The translations under genes and the position numbers were made by a program. The notes beneath the pieces are model-generated. The model did no database searches and was not told the DNA's origin. It was given only the letters and a program-made list of their open reading frames with translations. 51,846 bases of DNA. Source: a virus. Its lineage: Duplodnaviria > Caudoviricetes. Where the stretch lies: IMG/VR virus record IMGVR_UViG_3300017963_000334, positions 1-51,846 of that record; one strand, 5' to 3'. Shown piece after piece: positions 1 through 9,047 of the stretch; the first letter of the stretch is position 1, and each line of letters begins with the position of its first letter.

Positions 1-175
1 ATTGGCAAAGGTAATCTTCTTGTTAGTGGCCGTTTCGGTAATGTCCCAGAATGGAACAAAGTCACCAGCAGCAATAGCGGCAGCATCCAATTCGTTGATG
101 TCAAGATTAAACGTCCTTGACGCCGAAATATCTCCACCGCCACTCAGGCCGGAGCCAGCCGTGAGAGTCACCGAG
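1..175. repeat. Intragenic repeat copy A (copy B at 51672-51846)
   Basis: Aligns without gaps to 51672-51846. Positions 53-123 are identical to 51724-51794; the flanks differ mostly at third codon positions. Confidence 0.95.
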
Positions 176-666
176 GTATGGTCGACGTCCTCAATCGGAT
201 GTGTTACCTTGTCAATTTCAACCAACAGCACAAGATCCGTCAAGGCTGTGCCGATTTTGACTACATTATCAGCGGGCGGTGTGGTAGTTATTTTCCCGGT
301 AGTTGTGCTCAGATAATATACGGAGGTTGCAATTAGGGAGCCACCTATATCTATAACCTGAGCCCATTCATCGGCTGTCGCTTCAAATTCCCCCCCCGCA
401 ACGACCCGAAGGGTACTTGCTGGCATGGCAAGATCCGCCGACAGGCCAAGTACATGCGACGTACCCACGGCAGACGCAGACGCCTTCTTCACTTTGCCGG
501 TGGCGTTACTATATACAGGTTGTCCAACAACGATAAATGCTCGCTCATTATTGATCAACTCCGATACGCCAACTTGCTCAATAATACCAACCAAACAATC
601 CGCATCGCTATATTGATCAACGCGACCAGAGGTGGAATCCAATATTAGCGGTCTACGTAATTCCAT
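1..666 (-). CDS. Tail/fibre structural protein, N-terminal part (runs off the left end; absent from the ORF track)
   Basis: Manual translation from ATG at 666: MELRRPLILDSTSGRVDQ...IVVGQPVYSNATGKVKKA...HVLGL...YYLSTTTGKITTTPP...SVTLTAGSGLSGGGDISASRTFNLDINELDAAAIAAGDFVPFWDITETATNKKITFAN. No stop in 222 codons. Confidence 0.85.
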   Translation of the reverse strand, partial: MELRRPLILDSTSGRVDQYSDADCLVGIIEQVGVSELINNERAFIVVGQPVYSNATGKVKKASASAVGTSHVLGLSADLAMPASTLRVVAGGEFEATADEWAQVIDIGGSLIATSVYYLSTTTGKITTTPPADNVVKIGTALTDLVLLVEIDKVTHPIEDVDHTSVTLTAGSGLSGGGDISASRTFNLDINELDAAAIAAGDFVPFWDITETATNKKITFAN

Positions 667-677
667 CGCAAAACAAC

Positions 678-1142
678 CTACAGCTTCGTTGGACGACCCG
701 GTAACACCTCAAGATCGTTAACACTCAAGGCCCTGCCTACTAGCATAAAGGCATCATTGATTGTCGTCGGCACTACTGCGGTAAGCCCGCCAGTTTCGGC
801 AAGATAATATATAGTTCCGGCAGTCAGCTCAACAGCCCCGATGGCATCAGTCCAATTTTCCAAGGAGACGATTCCCGCCATGACAACTTCCACTTGCCCC
901 CCCTCGCTTGCGGAACCACTCGCAACACCGCACACCTCCGACTTGTCAAGATCATCCGCCCTTGCGTGATATAATTTCCCATCAGCCGGCATATATAGTG
1001 GCATGCCGGCTTCAATATCCTCGCCAGCCGCGTAAGACGGTACGGAAATATCCTCCAAATCTGATAGCGCAATTTCCAATTGCTGAATGGCGCGCCTCAT
1101 CTCGACTGGACTATTCGAGTGCGGGATATATCGCTCAGCCAT
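678..1142 (-). CDS. Virion structural protein with capsid-cement/DUF2190-like domain
   Basis: AGEDIEAGMPLY...ARAD...VCGVA...AGTIYYLAETGGLT...VGRALS pattern, shared with the fibre gene at both window ends. Confidence 0.6.
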   Translation of the reverse strand: MAERYIPHSNSPVEMRRAIQQLEIALSDLEDISVPSYAAGEDIEAGMPLYMPADGKLYHARADDLDKSEVCGVASGSASEGGQVEVVMAGIVSLENWTDAIGAVELTAGTIYYLAETGGLTAVVPTTINDAFMLVGRALSVNDLEVLPGRPTKL

Positions 1143-3469
1143 TAGGCAAACCTCCTGCGCCCACTCTCGCGCACGGTTGCAATCGCCTGCTCAAACGCCC
1201 ACTTGCGCCCAGCCGTGCCGGTTATCTTCAGCATGGTTGCCTGCCCGCGGCAAGCCGGGTATACATGTGCATTCAATCCAGCTACCCAGGTGGCGGAGTC
1301 AGAGGCGCTAGCCGTAGCGGCTGCCTCGAAAGTATTTGCCGGATGAAGGCTCCAAGTTACGTCACCACTGTCGGAAGCCATCACGCCAACGAGAGTTGAT
1401 ACTACCCCGACTTGTCCATCCCGCCCCAGAGGAATAGGCCCCATCATGGCGTAGGAGGAAAACGACGTGCCGCAATCGGTCTCAGCCAAGGCTGAGAATC
1501 GCCGGAGCTTGCCATCGCGACACCCAAGTACAACGCACGAATCCTCAATTGCCGTCGACTGGTAGGAGCACGTCGTCAGCGGCTCACGGCTGGAGGCTAA
1601 CGATAAGGGCCAAAAAGTCTTCCGCTGCCAGTCAAACCACCAATGCGTACGAGCGTTGGACGATTCTTCCGACAGGAAGATATGCACTCCCTTGTCAGCC
1701 GTATCGAATTCCAACAGGGCCGTAATGGTCTCGGGATTTAGATTCTTGAATTCCCGCGGGAGAATATTGCGTGAAACAGGAATGGGTGCGCTGTCTCCGC
1801 CGGGCGGCAGGATGTACAGCCCATCAAGCGACAGGAAGACCAGTTCCCCTGCGGGCCCGAGGCACCATGCTTTAGCACCAATAATCCCCACCGTGCGCGA
1901 GAGAGCGTCTAAACGCCCTCCGTACGCCGGATCGCCCCTCATCCGCCAGACGGAATCCCGGCAGCCCATGATGAGATAGTCGTCGCTATGCGGCGCGAAG
2001 GCAGTCAGCGCAGTCCCCGGAACGCCCGCCTCACTTGCCGTGCCGGCTACGGCCCTCTGGGTGTCCGCTTGAGAGTAGTCCCAATCGTCCTCGTCATTCT
2101 GCCTGCACGCATACCACACATGCGGCGCTATGTCCGCACCGCCCATGAATAACCTGCCCAGGTGCCGACAAATCAACGGGCAGCCCGTCGGCACCTGCCC
2201 TGTGGAAGCCGTGTGGATTGCCAGAGTGCCAGCGCTTAGATCGTATACTTTAGGCGCCCGTTCAACACGATAACTACAATTCCCTACGCCCGGTACGGGA
2301 TCAAGCGTAAGCCCGTCTGGTTCAATAAGCGTTATCTTGTATGTTCCCTCCTCTAGCGTGCCAGTTGTGTTTGTGAGAACTACTACATAGTCGTGTGTCG
2401 TGATGCCGTATTCAGAAAAATCAACTCCGTCTTCAAAGAGCACGCCGGCCAACACTGCTCCGCTATTGCTACTCTTCGCTAAACCATAATCAGCGATATA
2501 CAGATCTTGGCCGCTCTGGGCAGCCGTTAGCAGCACATCATCGCGCAGGGTCAGATCGGTCGTCACCTGCGTCATTGAGCCGTAGGTCGACTCGTACCAG
2601 AGATCACCAGACGCAGAGGCGACCAGGACAGTACGTGCTCCCGTAAGCACGCTCGTGGAGTAATATTGCACCCTGAAGACGTTCGCCAGGCACATACCGC
2701 CATCGACGGTGCACTCCATGCCGAAGCCAACGCGAAGTCCCGAGTGGGCATCCACCGTCCCGGACAGAATCTCCGTTCCATTCCAGTAGACTGATACATC
2801 ATTGCCATCAACGGTAGCGGAGAGCCAACCGGGAATGGCGGCGCTAGTCGCGCCAGTCGCAGTATCAACCTCCGTGTCTGTCTCAGCCAAGTAGGACGTG
2901 AGGGTCGCACTGTAGGCTCCATCCGTGCCAGTCATCGTCAATTCGACAACGACGCCCTCGGTAGTAATGTCAGGCGTCGTATCGTCCAGGCGGAAGTACA
3001 GACGGTACTTTCCGTGCCAGGCACCCTCGTAGGGCGAAAGGAACATCTCAACCGTGTAGGCGCTAGTCGAGTCGATCGACAGCGCAGTGCGTACCACTTC
3101 CCCTTCGGACGTGCTCGTATCGACACTGGCAAGCGCCTCCGGGAGGATATTCGGAACATCCTCGGCCCAAGCGGCTTGCGCCCATGCCGCAGCAAGAGAC
3201 GTGCCCGCAAACGTATCCGACCAGGCAGTAAAGTTATCACCGAGAGCCAGGACCATAGGGGCCAGGAGTCGCACATTTGCCCCGAGATCCGTAATGTGCG
3301 ACTCGACCAGCCCCGGCCGGCTTCCCCCGCGTTCTCGCCCTTCAATGGTTGCTATTGGCCGTACGTTACTGAGATCATACGAAGTGTAAGGAGGCTGCTG
3401 CCGATAAGCCCCTTGGCGATTTAATCCGCCCAACGGAAAGAGGACATGCAAGTCCCGTTTCTTTGCCAT
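1142..3469 (-). CDS. Tail nozzle / tubular protein B (P22 gp10-like stabilisation protein)
   Basis: ~775 aa; FPLGGLN N-terminus; beta-propeller-like C-terminal half (GRLFMGG, VGIIGAKAW, LVFLSLDGLY); located in the tail module. Start placed at MAKKRDL; 3550 is an alternative. Confidence 0.65.
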   Translation of the reverse strand: MAKKRDLHVLFPLGGLNRQGAYRQQPPYTSYDLSNVRPIATIEGRERGGSRPGLVESHITDLGANVRLLAPMVLALGDNFTAWSDTFAGTSLAAAWAQAAWAEDVPNILPEALASVDTSTSEGEVVRTALSIDSTSAYTVEMFLSPYEGAWHGKYRLYFRLDDTTPDITTEGVVVELTMTGTDGAYSATLTSYLAETDTEVDTATGATSAAIPGWLSATVDGNDVSVYWNGTEILSGTVDAHSGLRVGFGMECTVDGGMCLANVFRVQYYSTSVLTGARTVLVASASGDLWYESTYGSMTQVTTDLTLRDDVLLTAAQSGQDLYIADYGLAKSSNSGAVLAGVLFEDGVDFSEYGITTHDYVVVLTNTTGTLEEGTYKITLIEPDGLTLDPVPGVGNCSYRVERAPKVYDLSAGTLAIHTASTGQVPTGCPLICRHLGRLFMGGADIAPHVWYACRQNDEDDWDYSQADTQRAVAGTASEAGVPGTALTAFAPHSDDYLIMGCRDSVWRMRGDPAYGGRLDALSRTVGIIGAKAWCLGPAGELVFLSLDGLYILPPGGDSAPIPVSRNILPREFKNLNPETITALLEFDTADKGVHIFLSEESSNARTHWWFDWQRKTFWPLSLASSREPLTTCSYQSTAIEDSCVVLGCRDGKLRRFSALAETDCGTSFSSYAMMGPIPLGRDGQVGVVSTLVGVMASDSGDVTWSLHPANTFEAAATASASDSATWVAGLNAHVYPACRGQATMLKITGTAGRKWAFEQAIATVRESGRRRFA

Positions 3470-3552
3470 TTTCTGCCCCGGATAGAAAAGAACCTCAGCG
3501 ACCGGGTAGCTTGAAGGGCATCCCATCGCCAGAGTCCCGCGCTTACCCATAC

Positions 3553-3924
3553 TTACTCAGCGAAAAACGGCTCCAGCGCTTCAAGCTCCGCCATGGACAG
3601 TTTTTCGCCCTCGGCAATAGATGCCATGACTTGGCTGAGCGCAATTTCGCACTTCGCCAAATCGCATTCCGTCTCCATTACCTCGCTGAACCGGCGAATG
3701 TACTCCGCGAATTCAGGCGTACCCGTTTCAATCCTGGCATCTTCGCCATCGCGGGTTTCGGTGAGTTCATGTATCAGCGCCACCCGCTGCTTCTCGGCAA
3801 TTTCGTATTCAGCCAATACGAGGCGCACATACTTGAGAATCTGGTACGCCATCTGCGGTTTCATCTTTAGTGCTGCCAGATTCCGCCACGCTTCAACCGC
3901 CTGAAACACCTGCCCCAACTTCAT
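3553..3924 (-). CDS. Hypothetical helical protein, possible fibre assembly chaperone
   Basis: 123 aa ORF with AGGAG RBS, downstream of a fibre-like gene. Confidence 0.5.
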   Translation of the reverse strand: MKLGQVFQAVEAWRNLAALKMKPQMAYQILKYVRLVLAEYEIAEKQRVALIHELTETRDGEDARIETGTPEFAEYIRRFSEVMETECDLAKCEIALSQVMASIAEGEKLSMAELEALEPFFAE

Positions 3925-3947
3925 TCTCTTCTCCTTTCCTGAACTTG

Positions 3948-4166
3948 CTACGCAACATCAATCTCTTTGATATTGACAATAATACCAACTTCCCATTCCT
4001 TCCCATCGGGCACTTTTCGGTCTAGAATTACCGAGCCGCCTTCGCCGGTGGTTCTAATTTTCAATGCCTTACCAGCTCCCAAGCGAATACCCACTTCCGA
4101 GCCATTAAGCTGTACTCGCCTTGGTATAGCCGGGACCTCTGGATGTATGAGTTGAACTAATTCCAT
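3948..4166 (-). CDS. Hypothetical protein
   Basis: GAGGAGG RBS, 72 aa, fits the operon. Confidence 0.65.
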   Translation of the reverse strand: MELVQLIHPEVPAIPRRVQLNGSEVGIRLGAGKALKIRTTGEGGSVILDRKVPDGKEWEVGIIVNIKEIDVA

Positions 4167-4190
4167 CAACACCTCCTCGACTAAACGTAA

Positions 4191-4223
4191 ATACCTAGCG
4201 CTCCAAACTGGAGCGCTAAGTAT
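4191..4223 (-). terminator. Stem-loop after fibre-like gene
   Basis: tagcgctcca-aac-tggagcgcta perfect 10-bp stem in an intergenic gap; weak U-tract. Confidence 0.5.
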
Positions 4224-4234
4224 AAAGGATTCAC

Positions 4235-5602
4235 TTACGCTCCGTAGAATGGAATCTGATACGTATTTCCTTGCACGGAAATGGTAATATACCCAGCCTC
4301 CTGATCGCTCTCCGGATTGGCCGTCATTCCATCGGCACTAACCGTACACCCCATCTGACCGGACGCGGAAGCCAAGAGGAAATTGGTTACGGTACAATTT
4401 CCATGGATCAGCGAAGTTCCGTTGCCGTACATTGCCAGGAAAGCATCAAGCGTACCGGAACCATTAAATTCCAACCTCGCCACCGCATTCGTGCCAGTTG
4501 GAGTCACATCCGTATAATGCTTAATGTACATGCCGTAATAATCGCTGCCCAAGGTGGCAGTGTTAGGCGCATACGTTTCGATATCAACAGCCGACACGAC
4601 ACCGCTAACAGTGCCCGTTCCTAACGCCTCAACCTCGACGTAGACACCGCGCTGACCACCGCCGCACGTCTTGCCAGTCGCGACAGTGTTACGAACATTC
4701 AGCGTGTAGTTATTAGCAGTCCCCGTCGTGGCAAGCGGAGCAAGTTGCAACAGAGATCCGATATGCGTCCCGGAAGTTACTGCCTGCGACGTATAGACTG
4801 CCAGTGCCCGTTGCGCAGCAGTTGTATGAGCAACTGGGCTTGCACTCGTCCCAACTGCAATACAGATATCGGCATCATTTACCCATAAACCCATTGGCCA
4901 GTTGGCCTTGGTTGAATGCGAATCATTCACATGAGCAACGAATGCAGCAATAATGCTGTTATTTGTGTATCCAGCCGTAAGCAATCCGTCTGCGATGAAT
5001 GCACCACAAATACCACTATTGGTAAATGTCGCCGGAGTAATTACGGTACCAACAACAGCCCCGAGGTATGTGCTGGTACTCGCCGGGCCCGTGAAAGTTC
5101 CGCTGATTTCGAGATTCCCCCAAATGGCAGCATTATTACCATTCGTCGAGATAGTCCCGCCGGTGAAATACAATTCGCTCCAGGAAGCAAAAGTGGAGAC
5201 ATCGTTAGTTTGCGAAGCGGTAACTGCGAGCTGATCGTAACTAGCTGAATACGCACCGCTCGCCACAGCAGCATTGATCCTACCGGCAACCTGAAGTACC
5301 ATATCAGGATCAGTACCATCCAATGCAATTCCAGTTGCGCCCACACCCCAATCGTGCGTACCAACCTGAAGCTTGTCGGCATAATCACCAGCTTCAACCG
5401 CATTGAAGTCACAAGACGTAACGGACCCCTCGTTGACATACAATGCCGTACCACCAGACCCATCGGTATGCTGGAAAATACATCCAGTCTGATAACCATC
5501 TGTCCCGTCAGTCGGCACCGTTGCGCCACTCGCGAATAGAAGCCCACGGTCGGCCAACACTGGCTGCTTCATCCGCAACAAAGAACACACACGACTAATC
5601 AT
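4235..5602 (-). CDS. Head or tail fibre/spike-like protein
   Basis: 455 aa, rich in G/T/A/S and beta-strand-like segments; ends ...YQIPFYGA; structural module. Confidence 0.6.
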   Translation of the reverse strand: MISRVCSLLRMKQPVLADRGLLFASGATVPTDGTDGYQTGCIFQHTDGSGGTALYVNEGSVTSCDFNAVEAGDYADKLQVGTHDWGVGATGIALDGTDPDMVLQVAGRINAAVASGAYSASYDQLAVTASQTNDVSTFASWSELYFTGGTISTNGNNAAIWGNLEISGTFTGPASTSTYLGAVVGTVITPATFTNSGICGAFIADGLLTAGYTNNSIIAAFVAHVNDSHSTKANWPMGLWVNDADICIAVGTSASPVAHTTAAQRALAVYTSQAVTSGTHIGSLLQLAPLATTGTANNYTLNVRNTVATGKTCGGGQRGVYVEVEALGTGTVSGVVSAVDIETYAPNTATLGSDYYGMYIKHYTDVTPTGTNAVARLEFNGSGTLDAFLAMYGNGTSLIHGNCTVTNFLLASASGQMGCTVSADGMTANPESDQEAGYITISVQGNTYQIPFYGA

Positions 5603-5661
5603 CAGCAGAACCCCCGTTCACGAGAAAGAAATGAATACTGGTGCTTCAGCCCAGCAGTTGA

Positions 5662-5931
5662 TTACACATCCATCGTCAGATTACCCTCTTGGTAAGCACC
5701 CGCCGCCCCGTTCCCAATTGCATAGACCGCCTGCCTTGCAAGGTGCCCTCGCACCGTAATGGAATCTCCCGTCGTGAGTAACTCCAGGGATTCGCCATCC
5801 ACGGCATCTACACCAAACCCCAACGAAACCGGCGTTGTATTCTGCAATTGGATCGTCAGTTTATCTCGATAACGACTCGCCGCCACGATGACGGCACTCG
5901 TATCAGTTGCAGCCCACGTACCACTAATCAT
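5662..5931 (-). CDS. Small virion protein, paralog 2
   Basis: Aligns end to end with 5928-6215 (MISG.W, ASRYRD.LTIQL, GDSITVRGH.ARQAVYA.G, GAYQEG.L). Confidence 0.75.
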   Translation of the reverse strand: MISGTWAATDTSAVIVAASRYRDKLTIQLQNTTPVSLGFGVDAVDGESLELLTTGDSITVRGHLARQAVYAIGNGAAGAYQEGNLTMDV

Positions 5932-6215
5932 AGTGGTGCATCCCCCATGTTAAGACTCAAATCGCCCTCCTGGTAAGCCCCTCCGCCGAGTGCTCCCAGT
6001 GCATAAACCGCCTGCCGTGCGATGTGACCGCGCACCGTAATTGAATCTCCAGGCGACACAATCAGCACGGAAGCATCTATAACAGCATCCGTACCGAAAC
6101 CAAAGCAGACTGTCCCCTTGGCCGTGTGGAGTTGAATCGTCAGAATGTCCCGGTACCTACTCGCCGGAATAATCTGAGCACTTGCGGCGCCCGAAGTCCA
6201 ACTACCGGAGATCAT
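5928..6215 (-). CDS. Small virion protein, paralog 1
   Basis: Paralog of the adjacent gene; coupled to both neighbours by ATGA overlaps. Confidence 0.75.
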   Translation of the reverse strand: MISGSWTSGAASAQIIPASRYRDILTIQLHTAKGTVCFGFGTDAVIDASVLIVSPGDSITVRGHIARQAVYALGALGGGAYQEGDLSLNMGDAPL

Positions 6216-7000
6216 ATGTATTCACCCTTGTATGTCACCGAGTAGGCCCCGTCATACAACTCCGATCCACGCCGCCATGGTTCCGAATCAGTTGCCGCAG
6301 GCTGACCCATGCGGCCGAAATTTCTTGCGCCGCGCTTCTGATCGCGAGCTACCGCGTCAATCAACAACCGCTCGAAAAGCTGAGTATGCACCCCCGGCTC
6401 GTCATCATTCCGAGCTTCGGCTACCGCCAAGCAGGATTCCTTGTATAGCTCACTCATCTGCATCCCGCCAAGGGGATACGGATACGTATCACCTAATTCA
6501 CCCTGATACGAATCGTAGCAGTAGTAAAGCGTATACGTAGCATCCGGTTCCGGGTAGAAAAGAACTTCCTGCCGCTGTCCACTGGAGCCGTCCGAATCCT
6601 TGAAGCGAGTTGCGAAGAAATTCGGATAAGCATTACGATCGGAAGAGGAGCGCATTTCGAGGAGGATCGCTAAGGGAACCTCCCGAATGGCTGCCTGATG
6701 CTTATCGGGAGCGTAGTGGAATTCTCCTACTATCCGCCCGTAGTCGTCAGGCAGATCATAGTCACCATCATCGGCCGAAATCGCCAGAGTAGTAGTCGGC
6801 CTAAGGAAGGACCATTCGTATCCCACTACCCCCTGGACGGCCGGCGGATAGAGAACCCGCCGATACCCGGTCTGTACAATCCCCTCGATTTCCGTTGCCT
6901 GCGCTGTGCTCCAGGCCGTCTGGTCCGAACCGTATCCCAGTAAAAACCCCACTTCCTTCTTGAGATCAACCCAGCCCAGAGTGAGAGAAGATTCAGCCAT
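6212..7000 (-). CDS. Head-tail adaptor (tail tubular protein A-like)
   Basis: YEWSFL...DYDLPDDY...FYPEPDATYTL pattern typical of phage adaptors; lies after the capsid genes. Confidence 0.7.
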   Translation of the reverse strand: MAESSLTLGWVDLKKEVGFLLGYGSDQTAWSTAQATEIEGIVQTGYRRVLYPPAVQGVVGYEWSFLRPTTTLAISADDGDYDLPDDYGRIVGEFHYAPDKHQAAIREVPLAILLEMRSSSDRNAYPNFFATRFKDSDGSSGQRQEVLFYPEPDATYTLYYCYDSYQGELGDTYPYPLGGMQMSELYKESCLAVAEARNDDEPGVHTQLFERLLIDAVARDQKRGARNFGRMGQPAATDSEPWRRGSELYDGAYSVTYKGEYI

Positions 7001-7020
7001 GCGTGCCCCGATGTAATACA

Positions 7021-7095
7021 GGCTGACGGCAAGGAAGAGAAACTTGCCGCCAGCCTTTGCGTCCGTGGGGGTATTTCAGCTAGCTTGCCCCACGG
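7021..7095 (-). terminator. Double stem-loop downstream of capsid/decoration genes
   Basis: ggctgacggcaag...cttgccgccagcc (7021-7055) and ccgtgggg...ccccacgg (7063-7095). Confidence 0.5.
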
Positions 7096-7103
7096 TATGA
7101 AGG

Positions 7104-7931
7104 TTACGACAAGGTTGCTCCTACGACGTGCTGCACAACCCAAACACCACTCGTGTCAAAGGCATCCCATGCCAGCGTGACTTCCTCTTTGTCAGCGTCG
7201 AGTACAATGCCGGTCATGCCATCCGTCGGATCAGCATTCCCGACGCCCTCGATACCGCTCGTCACGGCAATCGCCACGTCGTTCGTCTGGGCCTGCTGGC
7301 ACACGAACGCCTTGCGAAGGCCAGGAATCGTGCCATCGGCAAGCGTAAAGGTGGCATCGGCGCCGGTCGAAATATCCGTATCGACATACGAGACGCCACC
7401 AACCATGAAAGTCGTGGCACCACCATCCAGAAGGCCATCGGCATTTGCCGACACAACCTCAACGAGACCAGACTCGGGCCCTTCCTCCAAAAGCGCTTGG
7501 CACTTACCGGCAGTAGTCGCACGATTGACTGTCTGCATCGGCACGCACGAGCCCCGGCCCGGAAAGCCAGCCAGCCGGAAATAGCCCGCGTACGTACCGC
7601 CGGCCTCACAAGTCAGGCGCCCCACACCAATCGTGGTGCTCGCTTTAGAAAGAACGTTGCACAACGATCCAGGCTTGAAAATCTCAATGAACTGCCCGCC
7701 GGTCGTGGCGGAATACTTCCGCGCAGCCACGCCAGCGAACCAACGAGCGTTCAGGATCGTCGGCAATTCGACCCGGTTGCACCGTCGACCATCAGCCGCC
7801 GAAACCGTACCGTAATCCCAGTTGTAACAAACGCCCTGACCTTCGAGCAAAGCAGTAGACCCCTCGAACCACACCCACTCAATGTCGCCGTGCGGCTGCT
7901 TCTCGTAGGCATTGACAGAACGATCACCCAT
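7104..7931 (-). CDS. Capsid decoration / minor capsid protein
   Basis: Directly after the major capsid gene; EGQGVCY...FAGVAA...GQFIEI pattern; Gly/Thr-rich. Confidence 0.55.
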   Translation of the reverse strand: MGDRSVNAYEKQPHGDIEWVWFEGSTALLEGQGVCYNWDYGTVSAADGRRCNRVELPTILNARWFAGVAARKYSATTGGQFIEIFKPGSLCNVLSKASTTIGVGRLTCEAGGTYAGYFRLAGFPGRGSCVPMQTVNRATTAGKCQALLEEGPESGLVEVVSANADGLLDGGATTFMVGGVSYVDTDISTGADATFTLADGTIPGLRKAFVCQQAQTNDVAIAVTSGIEGVGNADPTDGMTGIVLDADKEEVTLAWDAFDTSGVWVVQHVVGATLS

Positions 7932-7979
7932 CAGCTTATCTCCCTGTTAGTAGTGAACTTTTCACCCTACTGCCTACGA

Positions 7980-9017
7980 TTACGCAGTAGCATAAACCGA
8001 CTGCCGGCGCAGGTCCGTGCAGACCATATTGAGCGTGCAGTCAAGATCAACCCGGCGCACGAGGTGCTTACCCGGGACCATATACGGCTTCTGGAGGTTA
8101 TTCTCCCAGCCGGGCATCACGCCAATTGCCAGGAACTTCCAATCAAGCATATACACCGAATTCTGCGTGTCGTCATCGAGATACGGCACGTAGACAATCG
8201 GCGTACTCTTGAACATGGTCCGCCCGTCTTTGGAAGCGAGGTCGTTACCGAGATTCATATTCTGATTCTCAAGCAACTCCTCCATAATTCCAATCACGGA
8301 ATCATTGGTATAGATACCATTCTTCATACTGCCGAGATCGGGGACCGCATGAGAAACCGGCGAACGGAACTTGGACTTGCGGTGCCCCCGGCGCATCCTA
8401 CGAACCAAGTCTTCCTTGGATACGGCCGTGTATTGCGACGCCCAGTTGGCCCACCGCGTGTAAGTCGTCGAGTCAACGTTGCCGCGACCACTCGCAAAAC
8501 CAGCCGGATTCTCCCCATTGAAACCCTCGACGGCGTTCTTGATCACCCAGTAACCAACACCGTACGGCGTCTTGTCGTCAGTCGAATCGTCCGGCTTGCC
8601 CCAGAGAAATTCCTCCAATTTCTCAAAGAGCGAAATCTGCATCCCGACGTATCGGGTCTTGATCAAGTCAACAATCGCATGCCCGCCACGCTGGAATTCC
8701 GGCTCGCGCTGATCGTAGATATAGTGAGCGTTGACATGGCGCGGCTCAACCGTGCCGTACGTCATTGTATCTGTTAGAGCACTACCGTCTGTCTCGAACA
8801 GGCCAACCGCCCTAGCCGAATGGTTGTGATCATGCTGAATCTCGAAGCGCCACGGATGCCCCCCGGTGAACTTCTTCTGCCGTCCCTTCCACATTTCCCG
8901 GACGGCAACATGATCCTGCAAGTCAGTCTGCAAATCAACAAACGCACCACGCTTGATTAAATGCTCCTGCGTCAGTTGGACAGCATCGTCAATATCGGAA
9001 TACTGAATCGTCATCAA
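7980..9017 (-). CDS. Major capsid protein
   Basis: 345 aa after an acidic scaffold-like gene; HK97-type features (LFEKLEEFLWG, PYGVGYW, FKSTPIVYVPYLD, VYMLDW, NMVCTDLRRQ). Confidence 0.8.
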   Translation of the reverse strand: MMTIQYSDIDDAVQLTQEHLIKRGAFVDLQTDLQDHVAVREMWKGRQKKFTGGHPWRFEIQHDHNHSARAVGLFETDGSALTDTMTYGTVEPRHVNAHYIYDQREPEFQRGGHAIVDLIKTRYVGMQISLFEKLEEFLWGKPDDSTDDKTPYGVGYWVIKNAVEGFNGENPAGFASGRGNVDSTTYTRWANWASQYTAVSKEDLVRRMRRGHRKSKFRSPVSHAVPDLGSMKNGIYTNDSVIGIMEELLENQNMNLGNDLASKDGRTMFKSTPIVYVPYLDDDTQNSVYMLDWKFLAIGVMPGWENNLQKPYMVPGKHLVRRVDLDCTLNMVCTDLRRQSVYATA

Positions 9018-9047
9018 TTATCCCCCGTGCCCCACGGAGGAAGGTGC

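Noticed and set aside
1-175. Terminal repeat as a direct terminal repeat/assembly overlap, or as a DGR TR/VR pair
   Set aside because: The copies are not identical, the differences are mostly synonymous and not adenine-specific, and no reverse transcriptase is present.
7128-8777. 549-aa plus-strand ORF
   Set aside because: Antisense shadow of the capsid and decoration genes; no motifs, composition typical of a reverse frame.
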